Shown here in pieces: positions 50,301 to 62,137 of a stretch of DNA of 64,000 nucleotides. This DNA comes from Chiloscyllium plagiosum (taxonomy: Eukaryota). The position numbers and the translations under genes were made by a program. How positions within the stretch are numbered: the stretch's first letter is position 1; every line of letters begins with the position of its first letter. Under the pieces are notes generated by a model. That model did not search any database. It saw nothing but the letters and a program-made list of their open reading frames with translations, and was not told where the DNA came from. The stretch is from positions 40,068,441 through 40,132,440 of the forward strand of contig NC_057733.1 in the NCBI RefSeq assembly GCF_004010195.1, in the 5' to 3' direction.

Positions 50301-51409
50301 TTTTAAATTGAGTATCAGAATTGCAAACATCTGCATGTGTACCGGGTAATATAATTATATAAGCATCTACAGATAAGTAGAAAGAAGATTACAACTGCTT
50401 CACACTGTTTGGTGGGACCACAGGTGGCATTTTATAATTATATATGCAGCATTAAATCAGATGAGTGAACATAATCTGAGCACTTTAAAGGACATGGGAG
50501 ACTAATAAGCTTCAAACGTTCTTGGAAGCATAATTAAGCAGTATATATCTGTTGAGAATGCAATAACTCAATATAATCACTCATGATAAATTTTCATTGA
50601 AGACTTGTGGCCAAAGGTATGGAAGATAGCAGAGTACAGGTGTCTAATGACTTAGCAAACTCTATACTGAAGACTAAATTCATTTCTATATTGTATCTTC
50701 TCACAAGTGGCTTTTGAAGAATGCCCTATTTATTTCCAGCGTTTGAGTCTACATAATCTGCCATGGGTTAACACAAAGCAAGGAGGTGGGCCATCTGCTT
50801 CTACTAATTTACAAGAGTATTTTGATTTAACCCACAGTTAAGCACAACAGCTATTAGTAAAATGAAACAATGCATAGGGTGTAATGTATAAAGCTATTGA
50901 GCATATTCCTTGATTTGAGTTCATAAGATAGACTGTGCATTCATATGGTAGGGGTGCTTGGTATTTTAATACATAATTCATATTTGAAATTGGAATGTCT
51001 GGCTTTATTTGTATCTATCTTTCGGTGTATTCATAGCAATTTTCCATTCAGCAAGTATCCATGTGCGGCATCATTATTTGCAGAGTGGATAATATTGCCA
51101 TATTATCCAAGTGTTCACATATCATTTTGGGCAATTAAATTTGCATCTGTATAAAAGTGTCAAATCTGGAATTTGGGATAAACTTCTCATGCATAATTAG
51201 AATAGTTAGAATGCAGTTTGAATGTAGAATGAGCTACCACGGAGAATAATTGAGACAGATAATGTTTATTTAAGAGGGCACTAAATGATGGCACAAAGGA
51301 GAAAGGAATATAAGGATGGGATGAATTTGACAGAGGAGGCACAAACATTGGTACTGATTCATTGGGAGACAAATGAGCTGTTTCAGTGCTTTAAATTCCA
51401 TTCAGTCTG

Positions 51410-52660
51410 TAATAGGAGCTCATGGTATTGGGAGGTAAGGTATTAGTATGAAGTCAGCGAGTGTGTCTTTTTCTTAGGCTGGAATGATGTAACTAGTGGA
51501 TCAGTCCCAGAGCGTCAACTACAAGCCGACCGCCGTATCCGCAGGCCTAGTTTCCACAGTTTCAGTTACTGGAGTTTACTGCGGCCCGAACATATTACAG
51601 GGAACGTTCCAGAACCAGGGACCAAAGACTGCTGGGATGGTACATTTCCCATTTAAATGAATGGGTTCGTGACTATCTGCGGTTTTGGGCTTCCACGGTA
51701 GGTCTTGGAATGTTTACCCTGTGGGGACTGGGGCACTACTGTATTTACTATCTAATGACTTGGAGGAGGGGTCAGAGCCTAATGTATCCTAATTTAATGA
51801 TGAACCAAGGATCGTTGGGAAGGAATGATGCTATGAAGTAGTAAAAGGATATAGATAGTTTGGGAGAGGACAAAAAGAAGTTGGCAAATGGAGTTTAATG
51901 TTGGGAAGTGTGGGCTCATATACTTTGATAGGAAGAATCAAAGGCAGACTTTATGTAAATGGGAAGATATTCAAAAAAAGAAGTGGGTGTTCTTGTGCAT
52001 GACACTTAAAATGATAATCTGCGCTTACAGTAAGTAATTAAGAAGGTAAATAGAATTTTGGCCTTTATTGCACTAGGAATGAAGTTTAAAAAACAGGGAA
52101 CTCTTGTTACAATGGTACAGGGTGTTGGTGAGGCTGCTGTTGTATTTTGTACAATTTGGGTGCCCATATTGAATAAAGGACATGCTGATATTGAATGCAG
52201 TTCAATAAAGGTAAACTAACTTGATTCCTGGAATGAAGGGGTTGACTGAACAAGAAAGGCTTGTTAATGTTTAGAAAACAAGGGGTAATCTTATTGAAAC
52301 ATATCAGAATCTGAGGGGTGTTGACAGGATAGATGTTGAAACGATGTTTCCACTACTGGGGGAAATTCAGACCAGTACTCATTATTGCAGAACTAGGGGA
52401 TACTCATTTAAAACTGACGTGTAAAGGAATTTCATCTTCCAGAAGGCAGTCTGAAAATTTCTATGTCAGAGGTTGTGGAGTGCTAAATTATGAAAATATT
52501 TAAATAGGAGGTAGCTAGATTGTTTTGAAACTGAGGGCTGTGATAAGCTGGCATGAATGAGGAGTTGAGTCCTGGGGCTGGATCGGCCATGACTGACCCA
52601 TCATTCAACACAATCTTCAGAGGCTGAATGGGCTATTCCTGTTCCTGTTCCTTATATTCT
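51410..52660 (+). mobile_element. Old CR1 RT and 3' end, interrupted by a MITE
   Basis: WNDVTSG..QL|FTI..NDL, WQMEFNVGKC, GNLIETYQ and CR1 tail motifs, with many lesions. Confidence 0.85.
51522..51741 (+). mobile_element. Tigger/pogo-type MITE (MER44/Tigger7-like), TA TSD
   Basis: TA at 51520-51521 and 51742-51743. Removing the element restores the CR1 frame (caacta|tttactatc). Ends are ..gtatccgc / ..gcactactg. Confidence 0.85.
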
Positions 52661-52664
52661 TCTA

Positions 52665-52832
52665 CAGGGAGTCACACTTATTAAGTGAATACTAGCAATA
52701 ATTTTAAATATCTGACATATGAACTTGTAATTATGAATGGCCATTTTTTACATCCCTGCATTGTCTTCTGATTTGCATACAAATCGACACATGAACAGAC
52801 TCCAAACCTATTCGTAACCTGAGGACTGTCTG
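52665..52832. mobile_element. Second Tigger-like MITE
   Basis: ta-CAGGGAGTC ... ttcgtaacctgagGACTGTCTG-ta: imperfect TIRs with TA flanks. Confidence 0.65.
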
Positions 52833-55731
52833 TATATTGTTGTTCTCCTACTGGAAAACATGGCGTACCATTGTGTCTCATTTATCAGTTTCAATAAAAA
52901 TATGCACTAGACATAGGCACTGTACTTTTGTAAATAGCAATGGATTATAAGTTAGATAATTCAACAATAGTACAGAAAATCTATCAGCACTTGAAAGAGA
53001 AAGGATTTATGTTTTAGATGCTGATGAATTAGATTGTATATTTGCATGACTTTCCACCTATAATTATTTGAAGTGTGTAAGGCTTAGAATCACAAATGAT
53101 CTGAGGTAATTAGATGTCATTTTTAGATGCTCAATCAATCTATTCTTGGATAGCTATATGCACTTCTTTTATATATGTGAGTGTGGATTCTTAAGTTTTC
53201 TGATTTATTCATGTTTGTAGCAAGGGTGCTACACATAAATGATACATTTCAAAGTATGTTCCACCCGATTTGCTGCATAGATATCCATGATATTTTTGGC
53301 ACAAATGGTTTTGTGAGAAAGGTCAGAATAATTTGATCATGACAATTGCCCTGTTCTACATTTCTTTGAAGACGATTGCTTCAAACCTTTTTGAAACACA
53401 TGGACATCATCTGGTTTGACTTGAATGATGTGGTTACTTGCTCAATTGGCTGTGGAGTTCAGGGAGACATTTCACAGTTTTTTTTCAGGAACTGATTACT
53501 TGTGGTTACTCAATTTCCTCCCGAGGCTAAATAAGTTGAGAGATACCATGGCAGTGCAGATTAGTTATGGCCCATTGTGGGGAGGGCTCAATGAGACCAG
53601 CAGACTTTCAATGTGCTGTTTCCTAAGTACTTGTGGTCAAACTATAATATATTCTATAGTGAAGAGGATGCGATAGTTAAGACCGCAGGTCTCCCTGCAA
53701 CCACGAAACCAGCACTTTGTGAAACCTTATTCAAATTTGCACAAGCTTATGACTTAACATGGATGACCTTATTTTTCCATTGTACTCTTGTAGTAGCCTG
53801 ATTATAAGATGTTGTTAGTCTTCACAATACAAACAGTTCAACTATAAGATCGTTCTGGGACCTGAATTAATTTGAAAATTGTTACTTTTGTCAGTTGTAA
53901 TTAGATTCTTCTACTTTTGGGATTTACATGTTCACCTTTGAGACAGTAAGATTCACTCACATGGGCTTCTAACCTTGGTTTGTTTATGGCACATGAATTG
54001 TTGAAACCATGTAGTTAAAGCTCAACTCTCAAAAATGGGTGGGTTTGATCAGTTCAGTGAAAATCTGAAAGAGGAATCCAACTCTTCTCAAACTCTCATT
54101 TTTAAAAGTGGACAAGTGATCAATTCCCAGGGGGCAGGTTGGGCATTATAATAAGGTTCTATGTCCACATTTAATGTTTTTTAAACTCATGATTGTCTCA
54201 ATTTACAGGCTTCAGGAAACCCAACAGGTGAGGGGAAGAATTCATGAAGTAAATGCTTTCATTGACGGTTTGTGAGTTAGAAGAAGCTCTCTTCCACAAC
54301 CGTCAGAAGATTCTATTACTATCAAAACCCCCCCACTCTTGCAAACAGTGACTATAACAGCATTATTCCAAGTATCACAATTTTATTTGAAAGTAACAAT
54401 TTTGCATGCACCATCATTTGCAGTTACAAGTCACTCAAAGTCACAAAGGAATTTATTATCCACGAGCAAATGTGTTTATTATTCCAGTCTGTTCTAATTT
54501 CATCAATCTTTGCACATGCGTTGATTGCATAGACGTCAAATTATGCAAGTCTCCTAATGGAATAAATGGATGTTGTCATTGGCTATTTACCTGCTGACTA
54601 CATATCTTCTCCGGGGTGTGTCTCTCCTGCAGCAAAAACAGTTGCCTTGATAATAGTTGTTGCTGATCCATTTCTGTTGCTGGGAAACACATGGTCAATG
54701 GGATGGATGGTCATACTGTATCCTGTTTAAGTGATGAGGTCACCTTTCCCTTAGCTGCTTTCTGCATTGAAAGAGACCGGATTTACTTATTTTACATAGA
54801 TAATCAAGGTAACATCTGCTTAACTCAGATCCCAAGTTACCACATGGGCTGTCTTGTTGAGAGTGTTGAAAGTTTATGCTCAGCTCTAGCGATGACCTGG
54901 CAGTTTCATCAAAGAGAACATTTCACAGCGGATTTCAATCAGATTCATCAGCGAAGTTTCACTAGCAGTCTTCTTTATAGACTTGCTTTGTTTCTTCCTA
55001 ACTAAATGCTCTAATAAAAGTAATATAGCTTATTGTAGTTGGAACAATTCTTTCTTTGTAAAAGACGTGCTTTTCCACTCTTTGGTTCTTATTCTTCTGT
55101 TGGCTTTTCTGCAAATATAGCTTCTTTTTTTTTCCAATGCTTTGTTCTCATTTAAAACTGAAATTTCTCTATATAATGGAAAAACATATTTGTTTTCCCA
55201 ATAATATGCTTTAGTTGATGATTGATAATCTTAGAGCTTTTGCACATGTTGTAACTTTCTTCATGATAGTTTTCTCCTCTCTCAGGAAATGTGCTCTCAT
55301 AGCAGGATCACTTAAGCCTAAGGCAGTCCATTCTTTGATGAGTTTATCTTTCAGTTGTCCAAATTGACAGGATTCAGCTAGATGTATTGCACATACTAAT
55401 CAATAGACTCCCTCTTCCCCTGACCTCTAATGTTGAAGACTGACCATTCATAAGTAATATGGATAGAGGATTCAAAGTTTATTTTCCCAGCCTTTAAAAT
55501 CCAAGAAATCTGCCTTTTCTGCTCCTCAGTGAGATCTGGGCTTTATTACAGCTTATACTCTTGTAGCATACTTTCCCCAGAACTAATAGTCGGGTTGCTA
55601 CTCTTATTTGCTTAGTTCAAACAAAAGTCATAACTATTTCTTTTTTGAAATAGCTGGCTCTAAGCATCCATACATTCACAGCTACATCATTCAGTAAGTT
55701 TGAGACATTTTCTATGTAACCTTCTCAGAAA

Positions 55732-55822
55732 TGTCATTATGCACCTCTGGAGAATGTGGGACTTGAACCTAGGCCTCCTGGATCAGAGGTTGGGACATTG
55801 TCTCTGCATCACAAAACTCCTT
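55732..55822 (-). mobile_element. Short tRNA-derived SINE head
   Basis: Minus-strand B box GGTTCAAGTCC. Similar to 61755-61830. Confidence 0.65.
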
Positions 55823-57676
55823 CACTACATTTTCAGTGATATGTATTAAATTGCTGCCACAGTCTTTACAGATGGACACTTACAGAACAGGTAGAGGTCA
55901 TTTGACTATAACAAGTCAATCAGTACACCAAGTACAATTATAATTTCTCAATCTACATTAGGTGTATAAAAAACTCTTAAAAGGAAATAAACAGTAAACA
56001 TATTTATATACGAGGTAGTGGCTGATAGGTCTGCTGTAGTAATATTTATTAGAACATTGAATTTAACTTACTGTGTTATTTTCGCAGAACCTTCTGTGAA
56101 GGAGAAACTGATTCTTTCATTTATAAACTGTAATGATTTTATCAATCATCAACTTATTAACATAATCGAATGTCTTCAAATGCTTTTTTGTTATTTGATT
56201 TATATTTGTTAAATCATTGTGGAAACATAAAAGCTGCAATTATTCATTTCATGCTTTATTATATTGACAAATAAATACATATGACATTGCAGAACAATTG
56301 TTTTATAGTGGATAGGGATGTTTAGAGCAAATTTATATTTTTGTCACTTACTGGGCCTTAAAAGGTTAACTACAACTGTTCTGACATGTTTTCAGCATCT
56401 TCCTATCCACTTTGAGTGGAAAGTTATTTTAACTAGCAATAGACTGACCAATCCCCTTCTGTCAATAAGGGAAAGTTTGTCTGAGGTATTTCTGAAATAG
56501 ATTGGCAATTAGACTCCAGAGATTGAAAATGTTATTTCACTAGGAATATTTTCCACTTACTTGCTACTATACTCAAGGCACAATTTGTTCTTGAAGAGTT
56601 TATTTTTCCTTGCTCTCCCTTGATGCCGCAGTATGGTGATTTGCATCTGATTAACTTAACCATTTCCCTCCATATTTAACTAACACAGTTCCTCCATCTC
56701 AACAGGCCAATTTGATCATTACCTCTCGATAAAAACCGCAGCTAATACATTAATGAATATGTTTTTCAAAGGGTGGGAGATAGTTTTGGCAGATTAAGAA
56801 TAAGCCTTTCATTACCCTTACAAGAATACAGTTAGTTCAGTACAGAAATGTTGTAATGTTCTGGTTTCAATGTGCTGTCATTGTATTGAAACATCTTTAG
56901 CTCCATCTTAAATACTGATAAAGTTGTTATTTGTTATTAGGTCAATCAATAAAACATTTCTTACAATAGAAAACAATAAAATGTTTGTTTTGAATATTTA
57001 TTCAAAGTTATAAATATTTTGAAACGTTTAATTCCAAAGTAATAAACACCATTAACATTCATACATAATTCCAGGGAAAACATATATAAAATGAACAGTT
57101 GTAAGGGGTTTAAGAGAAGAGAGATCAGATTTAGTTGGCTTCATAATGAAGATAAAGAGCTATCAAATTGAGGCAGAAATTTAATTTGCATGTCACAGAT
57201 TACAAAAGTATTTAAATCGAGGGATTTTGGCAATTTTTTTGTAACTGAGTCTACTGTACAGCATATTAAGTTATTTAATAGGGCATGAATGACATGGAGA
57301 ATGGTGAGAAATATGGCAGAATCAAGTGAGAGGTCTGGTGGAGTCTGTCTCAGGATTAGGAGCAAGTTGTTGCATCCTTTAACTACTTCCAGATATCAGT
57401 GAGATTTAAAGACCGGAGTGGTGGTTTGCCTTATCTTGCTCATTAATGGCCTTGTTTACTCTATATCTTGCCTCCCAAATTTACAGCTTCCTATCCTACC
57501 ATTCACTGCAAGCAAACGAGACACAAAATTCTCAACGTGAAAGTTAGGGTGGGTGCCTGGTGATTTCAGTTCACTGATGGTTACAAAGAGGCTCCATGTT
57601 TCTCACAACACAACAACAGCAGAGGGCACAATTGGTGGACACAAGCACCCCCACCTTAACATTGGCATCCAATAAT

Positions 57677-57923
57677 AGATGTAGGTTTGCTCGGTGAGCT
57701 GGAAGGTTCATTTTCAGACGTTTCATCACTATACTAGGTAACATCTTCTGTGACCCTCCGGACAAAGAACTGCTGCTGTTTCCTGCTTTCTATTTATATG
57801 TTATATAAACACTGAAGACGTTACCTAATATGGTGATGAAATATCTGAAAATAAACCTTCCAGCTCAGTGAGCAAACCTAAATCCAGAACCTCAACCTGA
57901 GCTACAAATCTTCTCAAAACTTG
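57677..57923. mobile_element. Fold-back PLE terminal-repeat pair with perfect 15-bp TSD
   Basis: TTGGCATCCAATAAT at 57662-57676 and 57924-57938. Arms at 57678-57752 and 57810-57884. Same family as 3933-4368. Confidence 0.93.
57810..57847 (+). ncRNA. Minimal hammerhead motif (core intact, ATAT palindrome)
   Basis: CA CTGAAGA C GTTACC taatat GGTGAT GAAATATC TG. Confidence 0.7.
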
Positions 57924-58267
57924 TTGGCATCCAATAATTGCCAATGCCTCAGGATTCTTCTGGCATCTCTCTGATCCATTTACAGTTTGGCAAACTGAAA
58001 CATTGCTCCAGCATCTGCAGTGTGTACTAGTCGCCTGTGTAGCAAGCTCTCGGCACTTTAATTCAACTACATTACCCTGTTGGAAAGCAGTGGGTTGGAG
58101 GGGATGTCTAATCCTCAGATCAGTCAAGGCGGTGTAGGGAGCATTCTCACTAAGGGGGTCCTGGAACTGTCACAGACACAATCTTCACACAGTCCAGGGC
58201 TTTGGCCATGTTGAGTCCTCTGCTTGAATGTTAACAGATCATGGGACCAGAGTTTGCAGCGGCACTC

Positions 58268-59842
58268 ATGCCTGACAAATCTATTACAATTCTTTGAGGA
58301 GATAACAAGGAAATTAGAGAAAGGAGAGCCAGAGGCATTTGGATTTCCAGAAAGCCTTTGACAAAACGCTGCACAAGAGGCTGTTAAATAAGATAAGAGC
58401 CCATAGTGTTAGGGGCAAGGTCCTGGCATAGATAGAGGATTGGCAGACTGGAAGAAGGCAGAGGGTTGGAATAAAGGGATCTTTGTCACTATGGTAACGT
58501 ATGACTAGTAGAGTTCAACAGGCATTCCTGTTTGAACCACAACTATTCATGTTATGCACTAACAATCTGGAAAAAGGAACGGGGGACATTATTCCTACTT
58601 TGCAGATGACACAAGGTAGGTAGAAAGACAGGTAGTGTTGAGGAAATGAGGAAGCTGACTTAAACAGGCTCGATGAGTGGTCAAAGAAGTGGCAGATGAA
58701 ATACAATATTGGAAAATGTGAGGTAATGCACATTGGTAGGAAGAATAGAGGCATAGATATTTTCTAAATGTGGAAAAGCTTTTGAAATCTAAAGCTCAAA
58801 GTACTTGAGAGTCCAAGTTAAGAATTCCCTTAAAGTTAATCATAGAAGATCATAGAATCCCTACAGTATGGAAACAGGTCATTAGGCCCAACAAGTCCAC
58901 ACCAACACTCCAATGTGCCTCCCACCCAGACCCAATCCCCTACCCTATTACTCCCTATTTCCCAAGACTAATGCACCTAACACTATGCACATCTCTGAAC
59001 ACTATGGGCAATTTAGCATGGCCAATTCACCTAACTTGCACATCTTTGGACAATGGGAGGAGGAAACCAGAGCACCCAGTGGAAACCCATGCAGACATGG
59101 GGAGAACGTGCAAACTCCACATGGGCAGTCGCCTGACACTGGAATCAAAGGTGGGTCCCTACTGCTGTGAGGCAGCAGTGTTTTTGGATAGCAAATGCAA
59201 TGTTACCGTTCATTTCAAAAGAACTAGAATTTAAGAGCACATATGCACTGCTGGTATTGTAAAAAGCTCCGGTCAGAGCATATTTGAAATTTTGTGAGCA
59301 ATTTTGGGATCCGTATTTAAGGAAGATATATTGGCATTGGAGGGAGTCCAGAGGACGTTTACAAGAATGATCCTGGGCATGAAGGGCTTGTCATTTGAGG
59401 AGCAGTTGAAGACTCTGGGTCTGTACTTGATGGAATTTAGAGGGATACGTGGAGAGGGGCTGCAGAATCTAATTGAAACTTACATAATACTTAAAGGCCT
59501 GGATAGCATGGACATGGAGAAGATGTTTCCACTAGCAGGATAGAATAGGACCCCAAAGGACAGCCTCAGAGTGAGTGGACGGACATGTAAAACTGAGATG
59601 AGGAGGCATTTCTTTAGCCAGAGGGTGGTTAATCTGTGGAAGTCATTGCTGCAGAGGGCTGTGGAGACCGTGAGTGTAGTTAAGTCAGAGATAGTTAGAT
59701 AGGTATTTGATTAGTAAAAGGATCAAAGGTTATAGGCAGAAGGCAAGAGGATGGAGTTGAGAAACATATCAGCTATGATCGATGGAGCAAACTTGATGGG
59801 CTAAATGGTCTAATTCTGCTACTATCTCCTATTGTCTTACAG
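58268..59842 (+). mobile_element. CR1 RT and 3' end, interrupted by a SINE
   Basis: LDFQKAFDK, FADDT, KWQMKYNIGKCEVMH and LEGVQRTFTRMILGMKGLSFEEQL motifs, plus a CR1 tail. Confidence 0.92.
58840..59182 (-). mobile_element. HE1/V-SINE-like SINE nested in CR1
   Basis: Same body as 35590-35936. Confidence 0.9.
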
Positions 59843-60149
59843 TATAGGGAGAAGGCTGTCTGGGTGGGGCATCCTACAGAGCCAGCAGTAGTAGTCAGGA
59901 AACTGCAAATGCACCTAATTGGTCACGAGTCTGGTCAATCATGCCTAGGGCTTGCTTGTTCAATGTCAGTCAGAGGACACAGTCCTTGGGTCCATGCATT
60001 GAATATTCTTGAAGCTTCAAGGAAGGTGCTATAAGGGGCGAAGGAGGCAGGGCCAAGAAGGCTGGGGATGGAATGCAGAGGCATATGTCCAGTTGGGGAC
60101 AAGGACTGTGATGAAGTAACACCAAGGCATAGAGAGGTATGTAGAACAA

Positions 60150-60630
60150 CATATCATTAACATACCATTATATTATTTTCTTTCTCGTGCTTATCCAATT
60201 GTTTCTTAAATACAGTTAAATTATTCACATCAACTACTCCGTCTGGTAACCAGTTCTCTAGTCTGATCACTCTGTGCAAAGGTCTGTGTGTTATATGTCC
60301 TAATTTTGTTTCATACCGACTGCCTTATAGTTATAGGTTAAAGTTCTGATCTACACCCCCTACAACCCTCTTTTCTGTGTCAAACCTATCAATTTATTTT
60401 TTTCACAATCTTGAAAACCTTTACCAGATCACTCCTCCAACCTTTTGTAGAGAAAAAAGGTCCTGGATTTTTGTTTTTCAATCTTTCTTAATAGGTATAA
60501 CATTTCATTTCTTGGATCATCCCAGTAAATTGCTCCTGCACCTTCTTCTTTGCTCACAGGCACAGTTTACCCATGATTATACTTGTGTACAATGGAACAT
60601 TACTGCTTTCGAATTTTGTCCCTCCAGAAA
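60150..60630 (-). mobile_element. Old CR1 3' fragment
   Basis: ttatccaattgtttcttaaa..cacatcaactac..atcttgaaaacctttaccagatcac. Confidence 0.6.
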
Positions 60631-60984
60631 TGAGTCCCAATTCTTTGGTTTGATTAGACGAGACTAATTTCCCTTCAAAAATCACACAATCTGGGTGCAA
60701 ATTTGAACTTGATTTGATTCTTATCCTAAGTTAGAAATCATTTTCCATTATTTTAAACATGGGGTGGGTGAAGGCTGGAAACAGTGTGTGACATTTATGT
60801 CACAGGTTTTATATCTTCTCGTCTGGTCCCCTGAGTGGACATGGTTCGATTGTTGTTTTTCTTTTCTTTATTTGTTTTTCCTTATATATCAACCCCCACA
60901 CTACTGCCAAACAGTGGTAGTGCTTATTCCCCTCCAGCACCCATGTGTATGTGCAGGTGTAGGACACAGTGAAGAACAATGAGT

Positions 60985-61352
60985 GCAGAAACCTTTATTG
61001 ACATTCCACCACCAGGAAGAAAGGAAACACCCAAGTGGCCAGTGATAAGCAGTGCCCTTCTCATCAAAGGGCAATGTCTCTGTGATCAAAAAGTGAAAGG
61101 GGATGGCAGGGATTAAATCAAAATAGAATCGGGGGGGGGAAATAAAACATTCCATGCCCCGAGGTGTCAACCTCTCCCTGAAAACCTCGAGGGTGTTGGT
61201 AGACACGTGGTCCTTCTCCTGGGATACTCGGGCCCAAACGTAACCATGGAAGAGGGGCAGGCAATCGCCCAAAATGAGCCCTTCCACAGCCCACTGCCTG
61301 GACCTGATAATGGTCAGCCTGGCCAGGCTCAGGAGCAGACCCATGAGGAGAC
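60985..61352 (-). mobile_element. Tx1/L1-clade LINE 3' end (ORF2 C-terminus plus UTR)
   Basis: ORF 60901-61344 (GLLLSLARLTIIRSRQ..CLPLFHGYVWARVSQEKDH..TLEVFRERLTPRGMEC) resembles Tx1 ORF2 C-termini. AATAAA on the minus strand at 60993-60998. Confidence 0.75.
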
Positions 61353-61749
61353 ATTCATTTGTTGTATTCAGTTTATTTAAACTAGTAATGTTGATTAGTG
61401 GAGTATAGATTGTTCGTTTAAAGCCTTAACCATGAATTTGCAATTAGGGTGCAACTATTGAGTGTAAATAGACTATATTAAGCCGAAATGTACCTTGTAG
61501 ATCTGTAGAAGAAATGTGAAAAAAGTACTCATTTTTAAAGTATTATCAAATTGGTTTCAAAAATTGAAAGATAAATGTTTTTTAAGGTTAGAGTTTTGTA
61601 ATACGATGTTAGTACTTTGGTGAACATGTGAACAATATTGTGAAAAATGTTTAATTTTACAGATTTAACCAATTGAGTATAAATTTGAGTCTGAACTTTT
61701 AGATTGTAGGTAATCTTCCATACAAGAAACTCTGACAGAAATTTTAATC

Positions 61750-62137
61750 AACTTGTTCTGACACACCTCTGAAAAACATGAGACCCGAACTTGGGTCTTC
61801 TGGCTTAAAGATAGGGACTCTACTATTTCACCAGAAGAAACACTGGGAGTATTCGCAATTCATTACTTAACTACGAACATGATTCTGAAAAAAGTAGAAA
61901 CTGATTAGATTATTATCAGGTTTCTTATAGCAATATGAACAATAACTTGTTCTGACACACCTCTGAAAAACATGAGACCTGAACTTGGGTCTTCTGGCTT
62001 AAAGATAGGGACTCTACTATTTCACCAGAAGAAACACTGGGGGTATTCGCAATTCATTACTTAACTACGAACATGATTCTGAAAAAAGTAGAAACTGATT
62101 AGATTATTATCAGGTTTCTTATAGCAATATGAACAAT
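61750..62137 (+). repeat. 194-bp tandem duplication
   Basis: 61750-61943 versus 61944-62137, 2 substitutions. Confidence 0.97.

Noticed and set aside
56075-56135. Possible exon (ttattttcgcag acceptor, EPSVKEKLILSFIN)
   Set aside because: Weak donor, no recognisable peptide and no other exons. Small exons in the window cannot be excluded without RNA-seq.
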